55,646 nt of DNA from Alkaliphilus sp. (GCA_002733545.1 NVVX01000010.1:1-55646), one strand, 5' to 3'; shown: positions 6,522 through 16,382, numbered from the stretch's first letter. Notes: generated by a model from the letters alone, not told the origin. Numbers and translations: made by a program.

Positions 6522-7316
6522 ATGGAGAAATTTTTTGAAGGAGATAAATACATAACACCAGAAAATACACCGCGCTTTTTATTAGATAGAATTATGTTGA
6601 GTTCTAGAATTTATTTTGTTTCAAGTTTTATTTCGCAGATTCTCAAATCATATTTTAAAGCAATTAAAGGCAGATTTGGCTTAGAAGAGTTTGCTTTGAC
6701 TTCTCATCATGTATTCAAAACTATAGAGGGCTGTGGAGGACGCTTTGATATACAAGGCTTAGACAATCTTGAAAAATGTGATGGGCCGGTTGTCTTTGTT
6801 AGTAATCACATGAGTACATTAGAAACAGTAATTTTTCCCTGTCTTATTGCACCAGTTATGGATGTAACTTTTATTGCAAAAGAGAGTCTTGCTAATTATC
6901 CTATTTTTGGACCAGTAATTAGATCAAGAAAACCTGTTATTCTTAAACGGATCAACCCAAGAGAAGATTTGCAGAAAGTTTTGACGGAAGGCTCATCGGC
7001 TTTAGAGAGTGGAAGGTCAATGATAATTTTCCCGCAGAGTACGAGATCGTTAGAATTTATTCCTAAGGATTTTAATTCACTTGGAGTGAAATTAGCTAAA
7101 AAAGCAAATGTTAAGATTTTGCCTATTGCTATTAAAACCGATTTCTGGGAGAATGGTAAATATATTAAAGATCTTGGTCCTATTAATAGAGATAAGAAAA
7201 TATATATTAAATTTGGAGAACCTCTTACTATTGAAGGTAATGGTAAAGAAGCACATAGTAAAACAAAAGAATTTATTGGGGAAAATATAGAAAAATGGGG
7301 AGCAGAGAATAAATAA
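6522..7316 (+). CDS. PlsC-like lysophospholipid/glycerolipid acyltransferase (LPLAT family)
   Basis: Catalytic block VSNHMSTLE (an HX4D/E motif) and an FPQSTRS block (compare FPEGTR). ATG 6522 follows AAAGGAAG; the track ORF starts at GTG 6513. The stop overlaps the dprA start (TAATG). Confidence 0.65.
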   Translation: MEKFFEGDKYITPENTPRFLLDRIMLSSRIYFVSSFISQILKSYFKAIKGRFGLEEFALTSHHVFKTIEGCGGRFDIQGLDNLEKCDGPVVFVSNHMSTLETVIFPCLIAPVMDVTFIAKESLANYPIFGPVIRSRKPVILKRINPREDLQKVLTEGSSALESGRSMIIFPQSTRSLEFIPKDFNSLGVKLAKKANVKILPIAIKTDFWENGKYIKDLGPINRDKKIYIKFGEPLTIEGNGKEAHSKTKEFIGENIEKWGAENK

Positions 7317-8410
7317 TGAAACTGGTGAATAGAGATCTTTTAATCTGGCTAAATAGTATTGGTATAACAAGGGATATTACGTATAGAAAAATGAAAGAGT
7401 ATTTTGGAGATATTAATGAAATATGGACAGCTAGTGAAAAATCTATTAAATATGCACTAAACAATGCTTCTATAGTTGAGAGCTTATTGAAAAATAGAAA
7501 TGTTGATTATTATGAAAGTATTAAGAGAAATATCAAAGAGCATGGAATAAGTGCAATAACCATTTTAGATTCGGATTTTCCATTAAAATTAAAACAAATA
7601 TATGACCCTCCTAGAGTTATATATGTTAAAGGTAAATGCAAGTTTGATATACCTAGTATTGCAATTATAGGTGCAAGGAAAGCAACTCCTTATGGTAAAT
7701 GGGCAGCATATCATTTTGCATCAGAGCTTAGCAAATGGAATGTTTCAATAATAAGCGGGCTGGCTTTAGGAATTGATGCCGAAAGTCATAAAGCAGCACT
7801 AGATGCTAACAATCACACCATTGCGGTTCTAGGTTGTGGTGTAGAGAAATGCTACCCTGCGTATAATACTAAAATATACGACCGAATTATTGAAGTTGGA
7901 TGTGTGATATCGGAATACTATATTGGAACACAGCCGTTGAAATATCATTTTCCTGCAAGAAACCGAATAATTAGCGCATTGTCAGATGGAATAGTAGTTG
8001 TAGAAGCGGCTCTTAAAAGCGGAGCTTTGATAACTGCAGATTTTGCATTAGAGCATGGCAAGGAAATATATGTAGTTCCTGGGAATATAAATAGCGCTAA
8101 CAGTGTAGGCACTAATAAACTTATTTGCGATGGTGCTAAAATTTTGTTAAACGTCAATGATATAGTTGAAGATTTAAAACTTAAGTTTAACATAAAAAAT
8201 GAAGATGCAAAGGCTAAAGAGAGTGTCCAGTTAAGTGAAGAAGAGCAGAAAATTTATGACATTATTAAATCAGAACAAATTCACATTGACTTCTTATCAT
8301 ATAAAAGTGGATATGCAATTAATAAGCTAAGCCCAATACTAACTATACTGGAGTTAAAAGAATTTATAATGCAATTACCGGGAAAGATTTTTACAATTAA
8401 CATTAGTTAA
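7316..8410 (+). CDS. dprA: DNA processing protein DprA (Smf)
   Basis: Rossmann-like core IAIIGARKATPYG...SGLALGIDAESHKAAL...ISEY. Conserved position upstream of topA. Confidence 0.9.
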   Translation: MKLVNRDLLIWLNSIGITRDITYRKMKEYFGDINEIWTASEKSIKYALNNASIVESLLKNRNVDYYESIKRNIKEHGISAITILDSDFPLKLKQIYDPPRVIYVKGKCKFDIPSIAIIGARKATPYGKWAAYHFASELSKWNVSIISGLALGIDAESHKAALDANNHTIAVLGCGVEKCYPAYNTKIYDRIIEVGCVISEYYIGTQPLKYHFPARNRIISALSDGIVVVEAALKSGALITADFALEHGKEIYVVPGNINSANSVGTNKLICDGAKILLNVNDIVEDLKLKFNIKNEDAKAKESVQLSEEEQKIYDIIKSEQIHIDFLSYKSGYAINKLSPILTILELKEFIMQLPGKIFTINIS

Positions 8411-8439
8411 AAAGTTCTTAAGATAGAGAGGTGTTTTAT

Positions 8440-10518
8440 TTGGCAAAATCACTAGTGATCGTGGAATCCCCAGCTAAGGCAAGAACAATAAAAAAATACT
8501 TAGGAAGAAATTACAATGTAATTCCTTCAGTTGGGCATATAATAGATTTACCTAAAAGCAAATTAGGTGTTGATATTGAAAATGATTTTGAACCGCAATA
8601 TATTACTATCAGAGGGAAAGGGCCTATATTAAAAGATATTAGAAAAGAGGCTAAAAAAGTTGATAGAATTTTATTAGCGACAGACCCTGATAGAGAGGGA
8701 GAAGCTATATCTTGGCATATTGCAAATGCTCTGAAAATACCAGAGGATAAAGCATGCCGTATTGAGTTTAACGAAGTAACTAAAGAAGCTGTTAAATCGG
8801 CTGTTAAAAAACCAAGAAAAATTAACATGGACTTAGTAAACTCGCAGCAAGCAAGGAGAGTTTTAGATAGGTTAGTGGGTTATCAAATTAGCCCTTTATT
8901 GTGGAGAAAACTAAGAAAAGGACTTAGTGCAGGCAGAGTACAATCCGTAGCGACTAAGATAATTGTAGATAGAGAAAAAGAAATAACTAGTTTTATATCT
9001 AAAGAATACTGGAGTATTAATATAGAAGTAAAGGATAAAAAGAATAAAGAATTTACTGCCAAATTCTATTCGGATGATAAAGGTAATAAAAAAATAGAAA
9101 CAAAAGAAGAAGCAGACAGAATTACTACTTTGATAGATAATAAAAAAATCATCGTAAAAAGTATTAAGAAGAGTCTTAAAAAAAGAAACCCAAACAAACC
9201 GTTTACAACAAGCACATTACAACAGGAAGCTTCTAACAAGCTTGGGTTTTCAACGAAAAAAACTATGGCTCTAGCCCAGCAATTATATGAAGGTATTGAT
9301 GTTAAAGGTGAGGGGACGGTTGGGCTAATTACTTATATGCGTACTGACTCAACTAGAATTTCAAATGATGCAAAAATGAATCTGGAAAACTACATTATTA
9401 ACGAAATAGGCAAAGAATATTTAGGGAAGGCTAATACCAGCCCAAAAGGCAAAAAAAACATTCAAGATGCACATGAAGCAATAAGACCTACATCACCTGG
9501 AAGGCACCCCAATTTACTAAAAACATCTTTAAAGAGAGATCAGCTTAGACTCTACAAATTGATTTGGGAAAGATTTATTGCAAGTCATATGGCTCCTGCT
9601 GTTTTTGATTCAGTAACATTAGACTTAGAAACGAATGGTATTACCTTTAAAGCTCATGGATCTATAATGAAATTTGATGGGTTTTTAAAAATTTATACAT
9701 TTGCTTCTAAAAGCAAGGATTCGAAGCTACCTAATTTGTTAGAAAATGATGAAGTTAAACTACTCAAAGCTATTAAGGACCAGCACTTTACACAGCCACC
9801 TGCGAGGTTTACAGAGGCTACACTAGTTAAAGAAATGGAAGAGTTAGGTATTGGCAGACCAAGTACATACTCGCCTACTATTTCGACTATATTAGCTAGG
9901 GGTTATGTAGAGAAAGAAGTTAAGCAACTTAAACCTACTGAATTAGGATTTTTGGTTACAAATATGCTAGAAAATTATTTTGGTGAAATATTAAATGTCC
10001 ACTTTACTGCTGAACTAGAGAAAAAACTAGATAATGTTGAAGAAGGTAGTATGAAGTGGAAGGAGCTAATTAAGAGTTTTTATTCTTCATTTGAAAATAT
10101 GTTGAAATTTGCTGATGAAGATATCGAAGAGGTAAACTTAGATGAGGAAAGTGATGAAATATGTAAAAAATGTGAAGCCAGTATGGTAATTAAGCACGGG
10201 AGATTTGGAAAATTTTTGGCTTGCTCAAACTATCCAGAATGCAAACATACTGAACCGATACTAAACAAAATAGGGGTTAAATGTCCAACATGTGATGTAG
10301 GGGATGTTCTTCTTAGAAAATCGCGCAAAGGACGGATATTTTTTGGATGTTCAAGGTATCCAGATTGTAAATTCGTGTCTTGGGATAAACCAACCAATGC
10401 TAGGTGCAAAATTTGTGGTGAAGTAATGCTGCATAAAAAAACAAAAAAAGAAGAAAAATTAGTTTGTATAAGCAAAGATTGCAAAAACGTAGAAGAAATA
10501 AAAATTACAGAAAATTAA
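8440..10518 (+). CDS. topA: DNA topoisomerase I
   Basis: TOPRIM start MAKSLVIVESPAKARTIKKYLG from TTG 8440, which lies 6 nt after GAGAGGTG (the track ORF starts at GTG 8431). Active-site region GLITYMRTDS. Three C-terminal Cys4 zinc ribbons. Confidence 0.95.
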   Translation: MAKSLVIVESPAKARTIKKYLGRNYNVIPSVGHIIDLPKSKLGVDIENDFEPQYITIRGKGPILKDIRKEAKKVDRILLATDPDREGEAISWHIANALKIPEDKACRIEFNEVTKEAVKSAVKKPRKINMDLVNSQQARRVLDRLVGYQISPLLWRKLRKGLSAGRVQSVATKIIVDREKEITSFISKEYWSINIEVKDKKNKEFTAKFYSDDKGNKKIETKEEADRITTLIDNKKIIVKSIKKSLKKRNPNKPFTTSTLQQEASNKLGFSTKKTMALAQQLYEGIDVKGEGTVGLITYMRTDSTRISNDAKMNLENYIINEIGKEYLGKANTSPKGKKNIQDAHEAIRPTSPGRHPNLLKTSLKRDQLRLYKLIWERFIASHMAPAVFDSVTLDLETNGITFKAHGSIMKFDGFLKIYTFASKSKDSKLPNLLENDEVKLLKAIKDQHFTQPPARFTEATLVKEMEELGIGRPSTYSPTISTILARGYVEKEVKQLKPTELGFLVTNMLENYFGEILNVHFTAELEKKLDNVEEGSMKWKELIKSFYSSFENMLKFADEDIEEVNLDEESDEICKKCEASMVIKHGRFGKFLACSNYPECKHTEPILNKIGVKCPTCDVGDVLLRKSRKGRIFFGCSRYPDCKFVSWDKPTNARCKICGEVMLHKKTKKEEKLVCISKDCKNVEEIKITEN

Positions 10519-10792
10519 GACAATTATTAAATTAGTCAAAAAGCTAAGAGAATTGTCTTGTAAAGAAACTGCTAATATGTTAGTATCAACTATGTAACAT
10601 GCTCACTTGGCTTTTTAACGACTTTGACAGAATGCGAGGACTCAAGAGAATCACCACAACATTTTATAGATGCAGCTTGTAAAAGAGTCAAAGATTCTTT
10701 TGTATTCAATAGAAGGATAAATTTTAATAGAGGAAAAATGTTGTTAAAAATATTTTGAGAAATGGAACAAACTGAAAAATAGGAGGAGTAAT

Positions 10793-11572
10793 ATGTCACC
10801 AACACTGTTGGAAAAAACAAGAATGATTAACAGAATACTGCAAAAAACAAATGACTACCATATATCTTTTAACGAGTTAAGCAGAATTCTAAGTGAAATA
10901 CTTGATGCAAATGTATACGTAGCAAGCTCAAAAGGTAAAGTTTTAGGGGTTAGCCTAAAGGATGAAACAAATTGTCCTATTTTAGTGAGCAAAAGTACTG
11001 GAGAAAAAAGCTTTGCAAAAGAATGTAATGACCAACTCTTAAAATTTTCAGAGACTGAATCGAACATAACGGGCGATGCGTTACTAGACGTATTTAAAGA
11101 CGATGTAGATAGTGCTCACAAATTGGTTACTATTACACCTATTTATGGAAGTGGAGAAAGATTAGGCACTTTAATACTAGCAAGAGGAAGTAACAAATTT
11201 GTAGACGATGATTTAGTAATGGCAGAATACAGCTCCACTGTAATTGGTCTGGAGATAATTAGAGCTAAAAGCGACGAACTAGAAGAGGAAGCAAGAAAGA
11301 GAGCTGTCGTGCAAATGGCTATTGGAACTTTGTCTTATTCAGAACTAGAAGCTGTTGAGCATATCTTTAATGAGCTAAACGGTATGGAAGGATTATTAGT
11401 GGCGAGCAAAATTGCTGATAGGGCAGGGATTACGAGGTCTGTAATAGTAAATGCACTTAGAAAATTTGAAAGTGCAGGAGTGATTATATCAAGATCTTTA
11501 GGGATGAAAGGCACACATATTAAAATTTTGAATAACTATTTATTAGAGGCGCTAAGAGATAATAAAAATTAG
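10793..11572 (+). CDS. codY: GTP/BCAA-sensing global regulator CodY
   Basis: 259 aa with a GAF-like N-terminus and a C-terminal wHTH ([28 protein letters not shown]). Lies immediately upstream of flgB, as in Bacillus subtilis. Confidence 0.95.
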   Translation: MSPTLLEKTRMINRILQKTNDYHISFNELSRILSEILDANVYVASSKGKVLGVSLKDETNCPILVSKSTGEKSFAKECNDQLLKFSETESNITGDALLDVFKDDVDSAHKLVTITPIYGSGERLGTLILARGSNKFVDDDLVMAEYSSTVIGLEIIRAKSDELEEEARKRAVVQMAIGTLSYSELEAVEHIFNELNGMEGLLVASKIADRAGITRSVIVNALRKFESAGVIISRSLGMKGTHIKILNNYLLEALRDNKN

Positions 11573-11577
11573 AGTTA

Positions 11578-11608
11578 AGTCGATGTTCACTGGTGCTGAA
11601 CATCGACT
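11578..11608 (+). terminator. Terminator-like hairpin after codY (weak U-tract)
   Basis: AGTCGATGTTCA (11578-11589) pairs perfectly with TGAACATCGACT (11597-11608), a 12-bp stem with a 7-nt loop. It is followed by ATTTAAAT. Confidence 0.55.
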
Positions 11609-11655
11609 ATTTAAATATAAAAGCCAAGGCTCAAACTAAGTCTTTTTTTATTTTT

Positions 11656-11685
11656 TTGCATTTGAATGTCTATGAGTGCTATAGG
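11656..11685 (+). promoter_or_regulatory. Candidate sigma-A promoter for the fla/che operon
   Basis: TTGCAT (11656-11661), an 18-nt spacer ending in TGC, then TATAGG (11680-11685). An alternative -10, TACTAT, lies at 11761-11766. Neither is strong. Confidence 0.3.
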
Positions 11686-11740
11686 TGTAGTTTCTTAGTA
11701 CTAATGCACTATATGTAGAAATCTGTAGAAAAAAGAAGGA

Positions 11741-11754
11741 TTTTTTTTTTTTTT
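11741..11754. repeat. T14 homopolymer 43 bp upstream of the flgB start codon
   Basis: Fourteen consecutive T residues, preceded by the purine run GAAAAAAGAAGGA. Confidence 0.95.
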
Positions 11755-11796
11755 GTCTAATACTATAGCAATATGCCTTTTTAAGGAGGAGATAGA

Positions 11797-12195
11797 ATGT
11801 TTAAAAATATTGGATTGTTGACAAGCGCCGCTAATGCGTCATGGAAAAGAAATGAAGTAATTGCTAACAACATTGCAAATGTTAATACTCCTAATTTTAA
11901 GAAGTCCAGTTTGAAGTTTGAAGAATTATTGCAAAATTATTTAAACAGCTCGACACTAGCTGGAAAAACAACTAACGAAAGACACATCACTATAGGCAAT
12001 AAGTTGAGTGATGATATTAAATTTGAAATAGTTAAACACAATGATTATAGTACGAGAAGAGATGGAAATAATGTAGAAATTGATGTTGAGATGGCAGAAA
12101 TGGCAAAAAACAGCATTACATATAATACTATTATTGCTAAGATGAATGCAGACCTTAGAAGGTTGAGAACAGTTATTGTAGAAGGAGGAAGATAA
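11797..12195 (+). CDS. flgB: Flagellar basal-body rod protein FlgB
   Basis: Rod signature ANNIANVNTPNFK. First gene of the fla/che block. RBS AAGGAGGA. Confidence 0.9.
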   Translation: MFKNIGLLTSAANASWKRNEVIANNIANVNTPNFKKSSLKFEELLQNYLNSSTLAGKTTNERHITIGNKLSDDIKFEIVKHNDYSTRRDGNNVEIDVEMAEMAKNSITYNTIIAKMNADLRRLRTVIVEGGR

Positions 12196-12198
12196 TAG

Positions 12199-12642
12199 AT
12201 GAGTCTATTTAATTCCATCAATGTTAGTGCTACAGGGCTAACAGCAGAACGTTTGCGTATGGATGTAATTTCAAAAAATATTGCTAACGCTAATACAACA
12301 AGAACACCGAGTGGAACTGCGTATAGGAGACAAGTGGTTGTCTTTAAGACAAAACACGACAACAAGCCTTTTTCAGCATATTTAAACAATATAACTAGAA
12401 GAAATCTAAGGTTTAGTGGTGTAGAAGTAGTCGGCATAAAAGAGGACACATCACCACTTAAAAAAATTCATAATCCAGGTCACCCAGATGCGGATGAGAG
12501 AGGTTATGTTTTAATGCCTAATGTAGATATTGTTACAGAAATGGCAAATATGATTTCGGCTACAAGAGCATATGAAGCCAATGTAACAGCGCTGAACGCT
12601 GCAAAAGGAATGGCTATGAAAGCGTTGGAAATAGGTAGGTAA
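12199..12642 (+). CDS. flgC: Flagellar basal-body rod protein FlgC
   Basis: RMDVISKNIANANTT N-terminus and EMANMISATRAYEANV C-terminus. Confidence 0.92.
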   Translation: MSLFNSINVSATGLTAERLRMDVISKNIANANTTRTPSGTAYRRQVVVFKTKHDNKPFSAYLNNITRRNLRFSGVEVVGIKEDTSPLKKIHNPGHPDADERGYVLMPNVDIVTEMANMISATRAYEANVTALNAAKGMAMKALEIGR

Positions 12643-12655
12643 TGGAGGTGTCTAA

Positions 12656-12961
12656 ATGAAAATACAAGAATTGAATAATTTTTTTGAAATAGGAAATAAG
12701 AGTAATTTAGGTTTGTTTGAGGATGAAAAGCTGAAGAGTGGCACATCTTTTGCTGATTTATTTGCTGAGGCTATTAGCAATGCAAATGCATTAGAAAAAA
12801 AAGGTGAATTACTAGCTGAAGATTTAGCTACTGGAAAGTTAGATAATATTCACGAAATTATGATTAATACACAAAAATCAGAAATAGCTATGCAACTGGT
12901 TTTGCAAGTTAGAAATAAAGTATTGGATGCTTATAGAGAGATTTCTAGAATGCAGATATAG
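12656..12961 (+). CDS. fliE: Flagellar hook-basal body complex protein FliE
   Basis: 101 aa. The C-terminus QKSEIAMQLVLQVRNKVLDAYREISRMQI is FliE-like. Position after flgC. Confidence 0.85.
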   Translation: MKIQELNNFFEIGNKSNLGLFEDEKLKSGTSFADLFAEAISNANALEKKGELLAEDLATGKLDNIHEIMINTQKSEIAMQLVLQVRNKVLDAYREISRMQI

Positions 12962-13023
12962 AAAAAATAATTCTAGCGTAGAGATCTATGCTCCAAATAA
13001 GTACAATGAAATGAGGTGCATTG

Positions 13024-14568
13024 ATGGTCGATGCAATAGAAACGATAAGGAAGCAGCTAAATGACTATTTACAGACGCTAGAAAAAAAGAAAAAAACTCA
13101 AATGATTGTTGTTGCTCTGCTTATATTGGTACTGCTTACAACTCTTATACTTACTTTTACTAAAGTAGAGTATATTGTTTTATATAATAACTTGAGTCCC
13201 AGAGAAGCTGGAGAAGTGATGAGAGTCTTGCAAGATAATAATTTAAATGCGCAATTTGGAGATACGAGTGGAATTGTAAAAGTTGCAAAAAGTGATGAAA
13301 TGAGAGCACAAGTTCTGGTAGCGACCGAAGGATTGCCTGCTGCGCGTTTTACTTTTGACAATGCATTTGCAGGAAACACATTTATGATGACTAGTGAAGA
13401 AAGGGCCCAAAGGTTTATTGTTGCACAGCAAAACTTTCTCGCTATCACGATTGAAGAAATTAGAGGGATTAGAAAAACGGTTGTTAATTTAGCGGTGCCT
13501 GATACTTCAGCCTTTGTTTTAAACGATGAAGTTAGAGAAGCAAAAGCTTCGGTTTTTTTGTACTTTGAGCTAGGGGCCTCACTAGACGAGAAGAGCATTA
13601 ATGGAATAGCTGTTCTTGTAGCTAATGCAGTACAAGGGTTGAAAACTGAAAACGTGACAATTCACGGAAGTGATGGGCGTGTGTTAAATAACACAAGAGG
13701 GCAAAGTGATAGTTATACTCAAAACGATCAAATCAACTTACAAAAAACAGTTGAAATGGAACTCAATGAAAGTTTGAAAGAATTTTTGTCCACGGTTTTT
13801 GGATTTGGGAATGTAGTGGTAATGTCAAATGTAAGACTTGATTTCAACAGTGAAGTAACTGAAATCACAGAATTTTCACCTCCTATTGAAGGAGAAACTG
13901 GAGGAATCGTTAGAAGTATGCAGGAATTTCAAAAATCTGTAGTTGATGATGGATTAGGAGGAGTACCTGGTACAGATTCAAATATTGATGGAGTTACGCA
14001 GTATGTAGAAGGAGACCAGGATAGTGCTAAATATAGTGAAGCGAGTAACACTATTAACTATGAAATAAATGAATTAAGAAGAAAAATTATTGGATCGCAA
14101 GGACAAGTAAATGATATTTCTGTAGCGGTATATATTAATGAAACTGCAATTTTTGGTGGTGAATTTACGCCTGAGGAAAAAAGAGATCTAATAAGTATCA
14201 TTTCTGCAGCAGCTGGCTTAGATACCAAAGTAGTACAAATAGGAGTAAGACAGTTTGATACAACAATGGCAACACAATTTGCTAGCTTAATCGGTGACCA
14301 AGCTCCAACTAACAACCTTCCTATTTGGGCAATGATTATTATTGGTGCAATTATTATAGGTTTAGTATTTTTAGTTATTTTAAAATCTAAAAAAAGAGTT
14401 GAAAGAACTGAAGACGCTAGTCTTGATACTGCGGTAACAGTAGAAGAATATGACGAGCTTGATTTGGATTTATCTGGTTCTCAATCAAAAAAACAAATTG
14501 AAAAAATGATTAATAAACAGCCTGAAATGGCGGCACAACTGTTGAAAAATTGGTTAAGTGAGGAATAG
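13024..14568 (+). CDS. fliF: Flagellar MS-ring protein FliF
   Basis: About 515 aa with N- and C-proximal TM helices around a large periplasmic region (YscJ/FliF-like). ATG 13024 lies 5 nt after GAGGTG (the track ORF starts at TTG 13021). Confidence 0.9.
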   Translation: MVDAIETIRKQLNDYLQTLEKKKKTQMIVVALLILVLLTTLILTFTKVEYIVLYNNLSPREAGEVMRVLQDNNLNAQFGDTSGIVKVAKSDEMRAQVLVATEGLPAARFTFDNAFAGNTFMMTSEERAQRFIVAQQNFLAITIEEIRGIRKTVVNLAVPDTSAFVLNDEVREAKASVFLYFELGASLDEKSINGIAVLVANAVQGLKTENVTIHGSDGRVLNNTRGQSDSYTQNDQINLQKTVEMELNESLKEFLSTVFGFGNVVVMSNVRLDFNSEVTEITEFSPPIEGETGGIVRSMQEFQKSVVDDGLGGVPGTDSNIDGVTQYVEGDQDSAKYSEASNTINYEINELRRKIIGSQGQVNDISVAVYINETAIFGGEFTPEEKRDLISIISAAAGLDTKVVQIGVRQFDTTMATQFASLIGDQAPTNNLPIWAMIIIGAIIIGLVFLVILKSKKRVERTEDASLDTAVTVEEYDELDLDLSGSQSKKQIEKMINKQPEMAAQLLKNWLSEE

Positions 14569-14578
14569 GGGTGAGTTT

Positions 14579-15598
14579 TTGGCTAGAAAATCATCAAGCG
14601 GTGAAATGACAGGAAGAGAGAAAGCAGCAATTTTGTTAATTAGTCTAGGCCCTGCATCGTCTGCTGAGATATTTAAGCATTTGAATGACGAGGAAATAGA
14701 AGAACTAACGCTTGAAATTGCAAATATGAGAAAAGTTTCGCCAGAAGAAAAAGAAAAGATATTGGCAGAATTTTATGAGATTTGCATTGCACGAGAATAC
14801 ATATCTGAAGGCGGAATTAATTACGCTAAAGAAATTCTTGAAAAAGCACTTGGCTCACAAAGAGCAATTGACATTATTAGTAAGCTTACGGCATCCTTAC
14901 AAGTCAAACCATTTGACTTTGCAAGAAAAGCTGAACCAGCACATTTGTTGAATTTTATACAAAATGAACATCCGCAGACGATTTCTTTAATTTTAGCATA
15001 TTTGCCTTCTGAACAATCAGGACAGATATTATCTGCCTTACCACAAGCAAAACAGGCAGAAGTCGCCAAAAGAATTGCTACTATGGATCGAACTTCTCCT
15101 GAGATAATTAGAGAAGTGGAATCAATTTTAGAAAAAAAACTGTCAGCTGTTGTTAGTCAAAACTTTGCAGCTGCAGGTGGACTAGACTCAATTGTTGAAA
15201 TTCTTTCTTCTGTAGATAGAGGAACTGAAAAAAACATTATGGATACATTAGACTTTGAAGATGCGGAATTAGCTGAAGAAATAAGGAAGAAAATGTTTGT
15301 ATTTGAAGATATTATCACTCTTGATAGCACGTCAATCCAAAGATTTATTAGAGAAATTGACAATAAAGAAATGGCTATTGCTCTTAAAGGATCTACGGAC
15401 GAAGTAGCAGATATTATTTATACTAACATGTCTAAGAGAATGGCTGAGATGATTAAAGAAGATATGGAATTTATGGGACCTGTAAGACTTAGTGATGTAG
15501 AAAACGCACAACAAAAGATAGTAAATACAATTAGAGCACTTGAAGAAACTGGTGAAATAATAATTGCACGTGGTGGAGGAGATGAAATCATTGTCTGA
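14579..15598 (+). CDS. fliG: Flagellar motor switch protein FliG
   Basis: MARKSSSGEMTGREKAAILLISLG from TTG 14579 resembles my recollection of the B. subtilis FliG N-terminus. The track ORF begins at GTG 14558, inside fliF. Confidence 0.92.
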   Translation: MARKSSSGEMTGREKAAILLISLGPASSAEIFKHLNDEEIEELTLEIANMRKVSPEEKEKILAEFYEICIAREYISEGGINYAKEILEKALGSQRAIDIISKLTASLQVKPFDFARKAEPAHLLNFIQNEHPQTISLILAYLPSEQSGQILSALPQAKQAEVAKRIATMDRTSPEIIREVESILEKKLSAVVSQNFAAAGGLDSIVEILSSVDRGTEKNIMDTLDFEDAELAEEIRKKMFVFEDIITLDSTSIQRFIREIDNKEMAIALKGSTDEVADIIYTNMSKRMAEMIKEDMEFMGPVRLSDVENAQQKIVNTIRALEETGEIIIARGGGDEIIV

Positions 15599-16382
15599 TT
15601 ATAGAGTTTTAAAAGCCACAGATGTTATTTTGACTGGCAAGAAAGAAATTGATGTTAAGCCTGAAAAACTAATGAATTTTTTAGATGAAGAAGAAAAAAA
15701 AAGAGATACTATTCAAGGAGAAAACTTGCACTTATCAGAAAAAGAAGACGGGAATGGAAGTGAGACTACACCAGAAGATTTGATTGCAAGTGCCGAGATA
15801 CAGTACGAAGAAATTCTTAGAAGAGCTAATGAAGAAGCAGAAGCAATAGTTAAAGAGTCATATAATGAAAGTAAACTTATTTTTGAAAAAATAGAAAAAG
15901 AAGCATACAAAATTGGCTTTGATCAAGGTAAAGAACGAGGCTACGAAGAGGTAGAAAATTTTATTAATGAAGCAATTGAAATAAAGCAAGAAATTCAAAA
16001 TGAGAAGAAGGAAACAGGAAGAAAACTAAAAGGCGAGCTTATACAATTGGTATTAGAAACGGTGGAAAGAGTTTTGTTACATGAGCTAAATGAAGACAAC
16101 GAGTTTATGCTTCGCTTAATTGAAAAAGGTATAAAGCACTGTACTTTTACAGAAGTACTAACTGTTAGAGTAAGTGAAATGGATGTAGGCTATGTAGAGT
16201 CTTCAAAAAATAAAATATTTTTAATGACTGAAGGAGTAGAAAAACTTGATATTAAAGTAGATAAATCGTTACCTCAAGGTAGTGTAGTTATAGAAACACC
16301 TGCTGGAACAGTTGATTCAAGTTTAGAAACACAAATTGATATAATTAGAAAGATTTTTATGGATTTATTGAAAAGTGAGTGA
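15564..16382 (+). CDS. fliH: Flagellar assembly protein FliH
   Basis: E/K-rich coiled-coil centre and a FliH-like C-terminus. Lies between fliG and fliI. The start is uncertain (TTG 15564 or ATG 15582). Confidence 0.8.
   Translation: MHVVEEMKSLSDYRVLKATDVILTGKKEIDVKPEKLMNFLDEEEKKRDTIQGENLHLSEKEDGNGSETTPEDLIASAEIQYEEILRRANEEAEAIVKESYNESKLIFEKIEKEAYKIGFDQGKERGYEEVENFINEAIEIKQEIQNEKKETGRKLKGELIQLVLETVERVLLHELNEDNEFMLRLIEKGIKHCTFTEVLTVRVSEMDVGYVESSKNKIFLMTEGVEKLDIKVDKSLPQGSVVIETPAGTVDSSLETQIDIIRKIFMDLLKSE

Noticed and set aside
7092-7464. Small ORFs overlapping the acyltransferase/dprA junction (7092-7370 minus, 7108-7290 plus, 7273-7464 minus).
   Set aside because: These are alternative-frame or antisense ORFs inside real genes, with no RBS and implausible composition.
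10590-10820. A 76-aa minus-strand ORF in the topA-codY spacer.
   Set aside because: Its 5' end overlaps the codY start and RBS on the opposite strand. It has no RBS of its own, its composition is low-complexity, and it has no recognisable family.
11573-11796. A c-di-GMP riboswitch and/or invertible flagellar switch upstream of flgB, as described for Clostridium difficile.
   Set aside because: The spacer is only 224 bp, and I recognise no GEMM-like tetraloop/receptor features. The only inverted repeat flanking the T14 tract is 8 bp (TGCTATAG at 11677-11684 with CTATAGCA at 11763-11770). That is far too short to argue for a recombinase site, and no recombinase gene is nearby.
11573-11796. CodY boxes (AATTTTCWGAAAATT) in the flgB and eam/acyltransferase upstream regions (the latter at 6066-6512).
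   Set aside because: The best by-eye matches have five or more mismatches out of 15. That is not better than expected in DNA this AT-rich.
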